24,000 nt of DNA from Gracilibacillus sp. D59 (GCA_052246695.1 JBQQCK010000017.1); one strand, 5' to 3'; shown: positions 9,919 to 18,640, numbered from the stretch's first letter. Notes: generated by a model from the sequence alone, not told the origin. Translations and numbers: made by a program.

Positions 9919-9931
9919 ATGCTCACCACCT

Positions 9932-10381
9932 TTATAACATATTTAGAAACTTTTCTTTGAGGGCTTCTGCTTCTTCTGTTGTTTTACATATAATAAGAAT
10001 AGTATCATCACCACAAATACAACCTACAATTTCTTCCCAACCTAAATTATCAATTAATGCTCCCATTGCCTGTGCATTACCTGGTAAAGTTTTCATCACG
10101 ATGAAATGTGTGGCTGTATCTATACTGATAAATGCATCCATGATAAATCTTTTTAATTTGTTTAATGGATTAAATTTTTGATCAGCCGGTAAACTATACT
10201 TATACCTACCATCTGTAGTAGGGACCTTAACCAAATGTAATTCCTTAATATCACGTGAAATGGTTGCTTGGGTAATACCATATCCTTGGCTCCTAAGCTC
10301 TTCCACTAAATCATCTTGTGTTTCAATTTCATTCTCCGTAATGATTTCACGAATTTTAATATGTCGCTGAGCTTTATTCAT
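9932..10381 (-). CDS. argR: arginine repressor ArgR/AhrC
   Basis: 149 aa with a winged-helix N-terminus ([11 protein letters not shown]) and a C-terminal oligomerisation domain (GTICGDDT-like: [12 protein letters not shown]). Synteny is tlyA-argR-recN. Confidence 0.93.
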   Translation of the reverse strand: MNKAQRHIKIREIITENEIETQDDLVEELRSQGYGITQATISRDIKELHLVKVPTTDGRYKYSLPADQKFNPLNKLKRFIMDAFISIDTATHFIVMKTLPGNAQAMGALIDNLGWEEIVGCICGDDTILIICKTTEEAEALKEKFLNML

Positions 10382-10410
10382 TGCTCTTCCTCCCGGTTAC
10401 TTGTTCATAT

Positions 10411-10438
10411 GAAAATGGACTACTTAACCGGTAGTCCA
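10411..10438 (-). terminator. hairpin / probable intrinsic terminator or attenuator between tlyA and argR
   Basis: The minus strand has TGGACTAC (10438-10431), loop CGGTTAA, then GTAGTCCA (10423-10416), followed by TTTTC. Confidence 0.55.
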
Positions 10439-10444
10439 ATTGGT

Positions 10445-11266
10445 TTAGCGATCTAATGCCTGGTGGGATTCTGTTACTACTTCTTCTGTCAAAGCTAAAA
10501 AATCCATTTCCTCTTCTATATTGAAATCTGATTTTTCCAATAAACCCAGGTATTCAATATTACCATCGCCTCCAGTTATTGGAGAAAAGGTTAAATCCAA
10601 AATATGAAAACCTGTTTTTTTTGCAAAAGATAATATATCTTGTAATACTTGCAAGTGTATAGCTGGGTTTCTCACAATCCCCTTTTTGCCCACTTGCTCT
10701 CTCCCAGCTTCAAATTGAGGTTTGATTAAGATAACTGCCTGACTATCTAATGATAACAATTGGAAAAGCGATGGTAAAATTAATCGTAAAGATATAAAAG
10801 AAACATCTACTGTAGCAAAATTTGGTGTCTCTTTTGTTAGCATGTCTGGTGTCACGTATCGAAAGTTAGTTCTTTCCATTACTACAACACGTGGGTCATT
10901 TCGTAATTTCCAGTCTAATTGATTATATCCTACATCGATCGCATAACTTAACTTCACACCGTTTTGGAGGGCGCAATCAGTAAATCCCCCAGTAGAAGAA
11001 CCGACATCAACCATCACTTTATCACTTAAATCTAAAGAAAAATAATCAATCGCTTTTTCTAATTTTAATCCGCCACGTCCAACGTATGGTATCGCCTTAC
11101 CCTTTATATCAATCGGAATATCATCGTTTACTTTTGTACCAGGCTTGTCCATTCGTTGTCCTTTTGAGAAGACGAGACCGGCCATGATTGTTCTTTTAGC
11201 CTTCTCTCTGGATTCACTTAAGCCTCGATCAACTATTAATTGATCTAGTCGTATTTTTTTACTCAT
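10445..11266 (-). CDS. tlyA: TlyA-family rRNA 2'-O-methyltransferase (YqxC)
   Basis: 273 aa with an N-terminal S4 RNA-binding domain (RLDQLIVDRGL) and an FtsJ-like methyltransferase motif (VDVGSSTGGFTDCAL). It lies immediately downstream of dxs. Confidence 0.9.
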   Translation of the reverse strand: MSKKIRLDQLIVDRGLSESREKAKRTIMAGLVFSKGQRMDKPGTKVNDDIPIDIKGKAIPYVGRGGLKLEKAIDYFSLDLSDKVMVDVGSSTGGFTDCALQNGVKLSYAIDVGYNQLDWKLRNDPRVVVMERTNFRYVTPDMLTKETPNFATVDVSFISLRLILPSLFQLLSLDSQAVILIKPQFEAGREQVGKKGIVRNPAIHLQVLQDILSFAKKTGFHILDLTFSPITGGDGNIEYLGLLEKSDFNIEEEMDFLALTEEVVTESHQALDR

Positions 11267-11272
11267 TATTCA

Positions 11273-13171
11273 TCATGCCCTTTTTTGCTCATCATTACTA
11301 ACGGCTAATAATTTTTTTAATTCCACAACAATTTGATCCTTTGTCAAATTTATTTCTTGCAGAAGTTCATTAACATTACCATGTTCAATATATTGATCAG
11401 GAATACCCATTCTTTTAACTTGTGGATGATAATTATTTTCTTCGGCAAACTCAAGAACTCCAGATCCAAATCCACCTTTAAGTACTGCTTCTTCCACAGT
11501 TAATATCGGGATATTTTTACTCATTCTGTCATGTAAAACCTCTTCATCTAAAGGTTTAATAAATCTTGCGTTGATTACTTCAACATGAATGCCTTGCTTT
11601 TGCAGATAGTCGCTCGCAGCAAGAGACATTTCAATTGTAGTACCAAATGTTAGGATAACGGCATCCTTTCCTTCTTTTAACACTTCCCATTTACCGATAG
11701 GCACAGTTTTTAGTTGCTGATCCATTTCAACACCTAAACCATTTCCTCTCGGAAAACGAACAGCGATTGGACCTTTATCATAAGAAATAGCCGTGTTCAC
11801 CATGTGTTGACATTCATTTTCGTCTTTTGGCATCATAATCACCATATTAGGTAAATGACGTAAGAACGCAATATCAAAAACCCCTTGATGTGTTTCACCA
11901 TCGGCCCCAACTAGCCCTGCACGGTCAATACCAAATGCAACATTTAGATTTTGGCGACAGACATCATGTACTAATTGATCATACGCTCTTTGTAAGAAGG
12001 TTGAATATATCGCAAGAAAAGGTTTCATTCCTTGCGTTGCCAAACCTGCTGAAAACGTTGTAGCATGTTGTTCTGCAATACCTACGTCAAATAAACGTTC
12101 AGGATATTTTTCCTGAAATTTATCCAGTTTGGAACCAAGAATCATGGCAGGTGTAATCACTGCAAGGCGTTCTTCGTTCGCAGCAATAGATTCTAATGTA
12201 TCACTTACAACTTGACTCCAAGCAGGTGCTGCATTAGCTGGCTTGATTTTTTCACCTGAATCAATTTTATACGGGCCAACACCATGCCATTTATCTTTCT
12301 TATCTGATTCTGCAGGGTAATATCCTTTTCCTTTTTGCGTAATAACATGAACCAATACAGGCCCTTGTGTTTTTTTTGCATATTCAATATGCTCTTCTAA
12401 ATCCTTAAAATCATGGCCGTCAACTGGTCCGAAATAAGTGAAACCAAATTCCTCAAACAACATTCCCGGAACCATAAAATATTTCATACTATCCTTCACT
12501 CGTTCTGCTGTTTGAGCAATCATGCCTCCAACCGCTGGAATTCTTTTTAACAGGATTTCTAATTCATCCTTGACTCGATTGTATTTTCCGGCACTTCTCA
12601 TTCTTCCCAATGCATTATGTAGTGCCCCAACATTGCCTGCAATAGACATTTCATTATCATTGAGAATAACCGTGATATTTTTCTTTTCATGACCAATATG
12701 ATTTAAAGCTTCCAACGCCATGCCGCCTGTTAAAGCCCCATCACCAATAATTGGTACAACATAATTGGTATCTTTTTTCATGTCACGAGCGACTGCCATA
12801 CCCATAGCCGCTGAAAGTGACGTTGAGCTATGTCCTGCTTCCCAAACATCATGCTCACTTTCGATCATTTTTGGAAAACCGCAAAGACCTTTATACTGTC
12901 TAAGCGTATCAAATTGATCTGTACGTCCTGTCAAGATTTTGTGAATATAGGATTGGTGTCCGACATCAAAGATTAATTTATCTTCAGGACTATTAAATTG
13001 CTTATGCAACGCAAGTGTTAGTTCTACCACTCCTAGATTAGCACCTAAATGACCTCCTGTTACGGATAACTTTTCAATTAGGAACTGACGGACTTCACTA
13101 GCTAATACTTCTAGTTCTTCCGCATTTAATTGTTTAAGAAATGCTGGATTTTTTATCTTGGTTAGATCCAT
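11273..13171 (-). CDS. dxs: 1-deoxy-D-xylulose-5-phosphate synthase
   Basis: TPP-dependent transketolase-like protein ([34 protein letters not shown]). The start is taken at ATG 13171 ([13 protein letters not shown], aligning with the B. subtilis Dxs N-terminus), with GGGAGG 8 nt upstream. The track TTG at 13198 is probably spurious. Confidence 0.95.
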   Translation of the reverse strand: MDLTKIKNPAFLKQLNAEELEVLASEVRQFLIEKLSVTGGHLGANLGVVELTLALHKQFNSPEDKLIFDVGHQSYIHKILTGRTDQFDTLRQYKGLCGFPKMIESEHDVWEAGHSSTSLSAAMGMAVARDMKKDTNYVVPIIGDGALTGGMALEALNHIGHEKKNITVILNDNEMSIAGNVGALHNALGRMRSAGKYNRVKDELEILLKRIPAVGGMIAQTAERVKDSMKYFMVPGMLFEEFGFTYFGPVDGHDFKDLEEHIEYAKKTQGPVLVHVITQKGKGYYPAESDKKDKWHGVGPYKIDSGEKIKPANAAPAWSQVVSDTLESIAANEERLAVITPAMILGSKLDKFQEKYPERLFDVGIAEQHATTFSAGLATQGMKPFLAIYSTFLQRAYDQLVHDVCRQNLNVAFGIDRAGLVGADGETHQGVFDIAFLRHLPNMVIMMPKDENECQHMVNTAISYDKGPIAVRFPRGNGLGVEMDQQLKTVPIGKWEVLKEGKDAVILTFGTTIEMSLAASDYLQKQGIHVEVINARFIKPLDEEVLHDRMSKNIPILTVEEAVLKGGFGSGVLEFAEENNYHPQVKRMGIPDQYIEHGNVNELLQEINLTKDQIVVELKKLLAVSNDEQKRA

Positions 13172-13206
13172 GAAGGAATCCTCCCTACTTTTATTCAAGA
13201 TTCGCC

Positions 13207-13785
13207 TTATTTATTCGACAATACTTTTATTTTAAATTTTTCTTCTAAAAATGCAATTATTTTACCAACTATAAATATTATATTAGTTGATGAATGAATG
13301 GCAAAGAACTTACCCAGTGCCTTACCTCCTACTGTTAATGCAGCAACAAGGCTTGTAAGAATTACGTTAATGGATAGATGAAATGTTGTTCCTTCCCCAT
13401 AGCCAAACCCATTTGAAACTTGCAGTATAACGATAGCAGATGCTGTTCCACTTATTATACCAGAAATATCTCCAATCACATCATTACAAAAGCTGGCAAA
13501 TCGATCAGCATTTCTGACAATCTGTATCGCTTGCTTGGAACCGCTTACCTTCTCTGCTGCCATTGCATGAAATGGTACTTCATCTGCTGCAGTTGCTGCT
13601 ATACCTAGCATGTCAAAAAACACACCTATAAATACAATAATAAATACGATCACTAAGCCAATGATCGACATTACTCCATTTAATATGGACGAAGATACTA
13701 CTGAAAAAATAGCCGCTAACACAAACGTGATAACGGCAATGCTTAAACTAAATTTTATCGACTTTTGCAAATGTTGTTTATTCAT
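13207..13785 (-). CDS. oapA: small multi-pass membrane protein, OLE-associated protein A (OapA)-like
   Basis: 192-aa ORF with about four hydrophobic helices and a polar loop ([29 protein letters not shown]). RBS GAGG lies 7 nt upstream of the ATG. It is wedged between the large structured RNA and dxs (35-nt gap to dxs), the arrangement described for oapA. Confidence 0.75.
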   Translation of the reverse strand: MNKQHLQKSIKFSLSIAVITFVLAAIFSVVSSSILNGVMSIIGLVIVFIIVFIGVFFDMLGIAATAADEVPFHAMAAEKVSGSKQAIQIVRNADRFASFCNDVIGDISGIISGTASAIVILQVSNGFGYGEGTTFHLSINVILTSLVAALTVGGKALGKFFAIHSSTNIIFIVGKIIAFLEEKFKIKVLSNK

Positions 13786-13839
13786 ATTAAAACCTCGTTA
13801 ATTGGGTACATTATGTATACAGGTATGGAATGGTCATTT

Positions 13840-14438
13840 TAAAGGTAAAAACTGCGGCTTAGGTCCAGTAGGTTTTCCCAGACAGGTACCGAGTGTTGCC
13901 ACTCTGGCGGTTCCCCTTTAAGCCTGTCTTAGCGCAGTCACCCGACGCTAGACTGGATTACCACTTAGTCCGCACTATAATCCCTTTTAAATGTCCTATT
14001 GGAACAGTCTAGGAGATTTCCTCAACAACCCTTAACCGTTTCCTAGCCTCTTTTGCAGTACGAATTTCATACAGAAAAACATGTTCTAAACTAGTGGCCA
14101 TCCAGTTAAGAACACTTGTTACCTGTAATCCCCTTCGTACCACTCAAGGCAGGCTACGCTACAAATAAGGATTCCCTCACCCTTATTACGTAGGTTCATA
14201 CCCCATTCCATACTTCATTCTTGGCTAAGCATAAAATACAGATATGGGCCTCCGCGGAAGAAGGGTCGTCGCCCACATGCCTTTGTGGATCGCCCTTCAA
14301 CCTTAACTCCCAGCATCGACCCAAGGCTGGGCGCCTCAAGCCAACACAAGGAACTTCATCGATGTGCCCTTTGGCGGATTTTTAGGCCCGCCTTCAGAAA
14401 CGGAGGATTGACTAGAATACTGCACCATCCCATTAACT
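13840..14438 (-). ncRNA. ole: OLE-class large structured non-coding RNA (~600 nt; ends approximate)
   Basis: The six-frame track has no ORF anywhere in 13802-14477. Hand-counted GC is 55% (13861-13920), 53% (14221-14280) and 58% (14281-14340), against 25% in 13741-13800. Many nested helices are present, including a GNRA-capped hairpin. The context ispA-RNA-oapA-dxs and the same-strand orientation match the published OLE locus. Confidence 0.75.
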
Positions 14439-14445
14439 TACTTCA

Positions 14446-14474
14446 AATATAACATGTTTTTTATTTTTTCTCAA
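14446..14474 (-). promoter_or_regulatory. candidate sigma-A promoter with extended -10 directly upstream of the OLE-like RNA
   Basis: The minus strand reads TTGAGA (14474-14469), a 17-nt spacer, then TGtTATATT with the -10 hexamer at 14451-14446. The -35 starts 4 nt after the ispA stop codon. Confidence 0.55.
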
Positions 14475-14477
14475 TAA

Positions 14478-15362
14478 TTACTGATCTCGCTCACTTAAAT
14501 AACTACTTATTAAAGCCAGATCTGTGTTTTCCAGACCAACTTCCTTCAGACATTGGGCTGCTTCCTTTACATACTTTGCTTTATATTGTTTAGCTCCGTC
14601 TAATCCTAATATGCTTGGGTATGTGCTTTTCTCATTATCAATATCACTGCCAACACGTTTACCAATTGTTGCTTGATCACCTTCGATGTCTAAAATATCA
14701 TCTTGAATTTGAAATATAATACCTAAATAATCACCATATTTCTTTAAAATTTCCATTTTAGCTTGAGATATACCTGCTAAGAATCCGCCAATTTCTATTG
14801 CAAATGAAATAAGGCGTCCTGTTTTTAAATGATGAATGTTTTCCAGGTCTTTGATGGAAATGTCTTGGTTTTCTGCTTCCATATCCAAAAATTGTCCAGC
14901 AACCATCCCTTCTAATCCGCTTGCTTTCGATAGCTTGGCTACAATATTAACTTTTTCTCTGTCAGTATATAAATCGGAAGTGGTAATAACATGAAAGCTA
15001 TTAGTTAATAACCCATCGCCCGCTAAAATAGCTGTTGCTTCATCAAACTTTTTATGATTGGTTAGTATTCCTCTGCGATACGTATCATCGTCCATTGCAG
15101 GGAGATCATCATGGATCAGAGAATAGGTATGGATCATTTCTAATGCAATTGCAGCAGGATACACTTTTACTGGATCTTCTCCAAGTCCTGTACAAGTTAA
15201 TTTCATTAAAAGTGGACGTAATCTTTTACCGCCTGCTTCAATGGAATATAAAACGGATTCACGTAAACGATCGGGGATATTTAACCCTTTAAGGTAAGAC
15301 ATCAGTGCGCTATTTAATTGTTGTTGTTCTTTCAGTAACAATGATTGTAATGATTGATCCAC
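14478..15362 (-). CDS. ispA: farnesyl diphosphate synthase (polyprenyl synthetase family)
   Basis: 294 aa with the first Asp-rich motif LIHDDLPAMDDD and the second FQIQDDILD. Synteny is xseB-ispA. Confidence 0.93.
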   Translation of the reverse strand: MDQSLQSLLLKEQQQLNSALMSYLKGLNIPDRLRESVLYSIEAGGKRLRPLLMKLTCTGLGEDPVKVYPAAIALEMIHTYSLIHDDLPAMDDDTYRRGILTNHKKFDEATAILAGDGLLTNSFHVITTSDLYTDREKVNIVAKLSKASGLEGMVAGQFLDMEAENQDISIKDLENIHHLKTGRLISFAIEIGGFLAGISQAKMEILKKYGDYLGIIFQIQDDILDIEGDQATIGKRVGSDIDNEKSTYPSILGLDGAKQYKAKYVKEAAQCLKEVGLENTDLALISSYLSERDQ

Positions 15363-15599
15363 TTATTTTTCCTCCTGAATTTCAAAACTGACACGCTCAT
15401 TGTCTTCACGCAGGATTTCTTTCATTTGTTTTTCCGCATTTACTAATTTATCGTGACAAATTTTCGATAATTTTGATCCTTCTGCATAATACTCCATCGC
15501 TTTTTCTAACGGTACTTCTCCTTCTTCCATTTTAGTGACAATAGATTCTAATTGCTCCAATGCTTCTTCAAATGATAATTCTTTTTTTGACTCACTCAT
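15363..15599 (-). CDS. xseB: exodeoxyribonuclease VII small subunit
   Basis: 78-aa helical protein (FEEALEQLESIVTKMEEGEVPLEKAMEYYAEG). Its start overlaps the xseA stop by 4 nt. Confidence 0.93.
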   Translation of the reverse strand: MSESKKELSFEEALEQLESIVTKMEEGEVPLEKAMEYYAEGSKLSKICHDKLVNAEKQMKEILREDNERVSFEIQEEK

Positions 15600-16945
15600 A
15601 TTTTATCTCCCTTTCTAATTTCTTTTACCCTACATTCAACAAGACCATCGGAAAGTTGAACGGTCAATGCCTTGTCTTTGGTAACTTGGTCGATACTCCG
15701 AACAATTTCATTTTCCTCTGTATATGCAACTGAATATCCTCTGCTCATAATCCGAGTCGGGTTTAGTAAATCAAGCTGTGCTAAGTTTTTACTAAATATA
15801 TTGTTCTTTTGCACTAATTGTTGTTTACTCGCACGGTATAAACGCATTAATAAGTCTTGCACTTGTTGGTTTTGTTGCTCCATCTGCTTTTCAAGGTTGA
15901 GACGATTGTATCGTTGAACCACATATTGAAAGTGATCGTTTTTAGCTCGAACTACATGTTGTAACTGTTTCGTCACTTGCTCTACTGCTCGATCTAGCCT
16001 TTGTTCCTTATCTTCCACTAAACGGTCAGGATATTTGAACACATAGGAACTCTCAATCGAATCTAACTTTTCACGGGAGCGCTCTATTTTATTTTGAATA
16101 TTATTCTCAATAAATAGATCAATTTTCTTCAGCTTATCTAATAATTCTATTTGAGATGGCACTGCCAATTCAGCCGCTGCTGTAGGTGTCGGCGCCCGTA
16201 AGTCTGCCACCATATCACTAATGGTTATATCTGTCTCATGACCTACAGCAGATATGACGGGAAGTTCAGATTGAAAAATAGTTCTGGCCACTTCTTCTTC
16301 ATTAAAACTCCATAATTCTTCTAATGATCCACCACCACGTCCTACAATTATAAGATCCAATTTATCAATTTGATTTGCTTTATTAATACCTTCTACGATA
16401 GAGGATGCAGCCTGTTTCCCTTGTACTAATACAGGGATAATTAAAATGTTAGTAATTGGGTAGCGTCTTTCCATTGTTGTTAATATATCACGGATAGCTG
16501 CACCTGTTGGTGAGGTTAATACCGCAATATGCTGAGGATATTTTGGCAATGCTCTCTTATGTATCGGATCGAAAAGTCCTTCTTTAGAGAGCTTTTCCTT
16601 TAATTGTTCAAAAGCTAAATGAAGTGCACCGATTCCATCTGGTTGCAATTCCTGTATATACAACTGATATTGACCCTGTGACTCAAAAACACTGATATAA
16701 CCAGTAATCAAGACCTTCATACCATCCTCTGGTCTAAAAGAGAGATTTTGATTCTGTCTATGGAACATGACAGCACGAATACTTGCGTAATCATCTTTAA
16801 TGGTCATGTACATATGGCCTCTGGAATGGTGTTTAAAATTCGATATTTCACCTCTTAACCATATTTGATTAAGATGCCTGTCCACTTCAAATTTCTTTTT
16901 TATATATTTTGTTAGCGCAGTCACTGACAAATATTTATCTTCCAC
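15596..16945 (-). CDS. xseA: exodeoxyribonuclease VII large subunit
   Basis: The N-terminus has an OB-fold (LSVTALTKYIKKKFEV...IWLRGEISNF), followed by a catalytic core and a coiled-coil C-terminus. The preferred start is GTG 16945, with AGAGGG 8 nt upstream. The track ATG at 16984 lies inside a 16-bp hairpin. Confidence 0.93.
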   Translation of the reverse strand: MEDKYLSVTALTKYIKKKFEVDRHLNQIWLRGEISNFKHHSRGHMYMTIKDDYASIRAVMFHRQNQNLSFRPEDGMKVLITGYISVFESQGQYQLYIQELQPDGIGALHLAFEQLKEKLSKEGLFDPIHKRALPKYPQHIAVLTSPTGAAIRDILTTMERRYPITNILIIPVLVQGKQAASSIVEGINKANQIDKLDLIIVGRGGGSLEELWSFNEEEVARTIFQSELPVISAVGHETDITISDMVADLRAPTPTAAAELAVPSQIELLDKLKKIDLFIENNIQNKIERSREKLDSIESSYVFKYPDRLVEDKEQRLDRAVEQVTKQLQHVVRAKNDHFQYVVQRYNRLNLEKQMEQQNQQVQDLLMRLYRASKQQLVQKNNIFSKNLAQLDLLNPTRIMSRGYSVAYTEENEIVRSIDQVTKDKALTVQLSDGLVECRVKEIRKGDKI

Positions 16946-16971
16946 ATCATCATCCCTCTGTATACTTTTGC

Positions 16972-17010
16972 AAGAAAAGGTCATTCTAATGATAAGAATG
17001 ACCTTTTCTT
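16972..17010 (-). terminator. perfect 16-bp hairpin between folD and xseA (terminator/attenuator or processing/stability element)
   Basis: AAGAAAAGGTCATTCT (16972-16987) and AGAATGACCTTTTCTT (16995-17010) are exact reverse complements separated by a 7-nt loop. The 3' arm ends U-rich on both strands. Confidence 0.55.
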
Positions 17011-17050
17011 TCCATATTAAAATAAGTGAAACTGTTTCACAAGTTCCTTT

Positions 17051-17908
17051 TTACGATAATCCATTCACTTTTTTAGCGGATTTAATCGTATTATGCATCA
17101 ACATAGTAATAGTCATCGGTCCAACACCTTTTGGAACTGGCGTGATATAGCTAGCTTTTTCTCTAGCAGAATCGAAGTCAACATCTCCTGTAAGAGAACC
17201 ATCTTCAATCCTGTTAACACCTACATCAATTACAATGGCACCCTCTTTAATGTGATCACCATTAATAAAATGAGCTTTCCCGACTGCTACAATCAAGATG
17301 TCAGCTGACGCTATGTATTGTTCCATATTTTTCGTACGCGAATGACAATAAGTTACTGTGGCGTTTTCACTTAAAAGCAATTGTCCGACTGGCTTCCCAA
17401 CAATATTACTTCTCCCAATCACAACAGCATGTTTTCCTTCTAATGAAATGTTTTTGGATTTCATCATTTGAATAATGCCATAAGGTGTACATGGATAGAA
17501 TGTATCTTTTCCTGTCATCATACGTCCAATGCTTATCGGGTGAAAACCATCTACGTCTTTCTCAGGTGAAATAGCTTCAATAATTACTTCTTCATCAATA
17601 TGCTCTGGTAAAGGTAACTGCACTAGGATTCCATGGACCGAATCTTTTTTGTTTAATGTATCAATTAAAGATAATAGCTCCTCTTGTGTAGTTGATTCCG
17701 GTAACTCAATTAATTCTGAGTCTACTCCAACGTAATCAGATGCTTTTTGCTTTCCTTTCACGTATGATTTCGAGGCCGGATCATCACCTATTAAGACTAC
17801 GGTCAAGCCCGGTATAATTCCTTTGTCACGAAGGCCAGCTACTTCTTCCTTCATTTCATCTCTCAAAGATTGTGCTAGCTCACTGCCATAAATAACTTCT
17901 GCAGACAC
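17051..17908 (-). CDS. folD: bifunctional methylenetetrahydrofolate dehydrogenase/cyclohydrolase
   Basis: 285 aa with motifs SKSYVKGKQKA, VQLPLP, DVDGFHP, GRSNIVGKPV and PVPKGVGPMTI. The start is GTG, preceded by GGGGGAG. Confidence 0.95.
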   Translation of the reverse strand: MSAEVIYGSELAQSLRDEMKEEVAGLRDKGIIPGLTVVLIGDDPASKSYVKGKQKASDYVGVDSELIELPESTTQEELLSLIDTLNKKDSVHGILVQLPLPEHIDEEVIIEAISPEKDVDGFHPISIGRMMTGKDTFYPCTPYGIIQMMKSKNISLEGKHAVVIGRSNIVGKPVGQLLLSENATVTYCHSRTKNMEQYIASADILIVAVGKAHFINGDHIKEGAIVIDVGVNRIEDGSLTGDVDFDSAREKASYITPVPKGVGPMTITMLMHNTIKSAKKVNGLS

Positions 17909-17920
17909 AAAAGCTCCCCC

Positions 17921-18301
17921 TTATTTTATCATTTTTGATAATACACCATTGATAAACTTTCCTGATTTATCATCACCGAAAATATGAGCAATTTCAATTA
18001 CCTCATTGATTATCACACTTTCGGGTGCGTCTTTCGAATAAAATAATTCATAAACTGCCATACGTAGTAGCGTTTTCTCCACTAAGGCCACTCTTTCCAA
18101 AGACCATTTTTCTAAATGACCTTTAATTTTCTCATCAATCGCTTGTCTATTCGTAGCAACACCATTTACAAGATTCAACAAAAAGGGATCATGTTCATTT
18201 TCCTCTAACGTATGTTCAACGGTAGTTGCTAAATCATATTCTTCTGTATCCAATGAAAATAAAATTTGTAATGCTTTTTCACGTGCAGTTCTTCGTTTCA
18301 T
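17921..18301 (-). CDS. nusB: transcription antitermination factor NusB
   Basis: The 126-aa product MKRRTAREKALQILF... aligns from its first residue with B. subtilis NusB. AAGGAG lies upstream. The 80-codon in-frame upstream extension in the track (to 18541) has no homology or RBS support. Confidence 0.92.
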   Translation of the reverse strand: MKRRTAREKALQILFSLDTEEYDLATTVEHTLEENEHDPFLLNLVNGVATNRQAIDEKIKGHLEKWSLERVALVEKTLLRMAVYELFYSKDAPESVIINEVIEIAHIFGDDKSGKFINGVLSKMIK

Positions 18302-18573
18302 GTACTTATTCTTCTCCTTATCACGGTCATATTCTTCACTTTCAAATGATACCATGTTATCTTTTGGAATGCCATTAAATCTTATAATACCACGATAAAA
18401 AATATTGATACCACCTAGATAAGGTAAACATTTTATGTAAAGTTGTGAAAAATCTAATTTAGTCAGGTTTACTTCCATTATGGAAGGTTGAGTGCTAAAT
18501 CGACATTGCAAAAAAAGATCCCTTTCTATTGGGATAAACACAAAAATTTATCATTCCTAATAAAGTGAGACTT

Positions 18574-18606
18574 CCATCAGTGGGGGTTTTTGCCCTCCAC
18601 TGATGG
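18574..18606. other. strong GC-rich hairpin in the asp23-nusB intergenic region
   Basis: The plus strand has CCATCAGTGGGGG (18574-18586) and CCCTCCACTGATGG (18593-18606). That gives 10 contiguous bp plus 2 more after one mismatch. No clear U-tract follows on either strand. Confidence 0.5.
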
Positions 18607-18640
18607 TTAGTGAAACTTATCAGGGGGTTTACGATAAATG

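Noticed and set aside
12205-12387. 60-aa same-strand ORF nested inside dxs in another frame
   Set aside because: It is embedded in the conserved Dxs coding frame. It has no independent signals, and its Lys-rich composition fits an off-frame reading.
13172-13198. Upstream TTG start extending dxs by 9 codons
   Set aside because: The Dxs N-terminus aligns from [13 protein letters not shown]. The sequence GGGAGG within the extension is the RBS for ATG 13171.
18302-18541. 80-codon N-terminal extension of nusB in the ORF track
   Set aside because: NusB homology starts exactly at MKRRTAREKALQ (ATG 18301), which has an upstream AAGGAG. The extension has no RBS and no recognisable domain.
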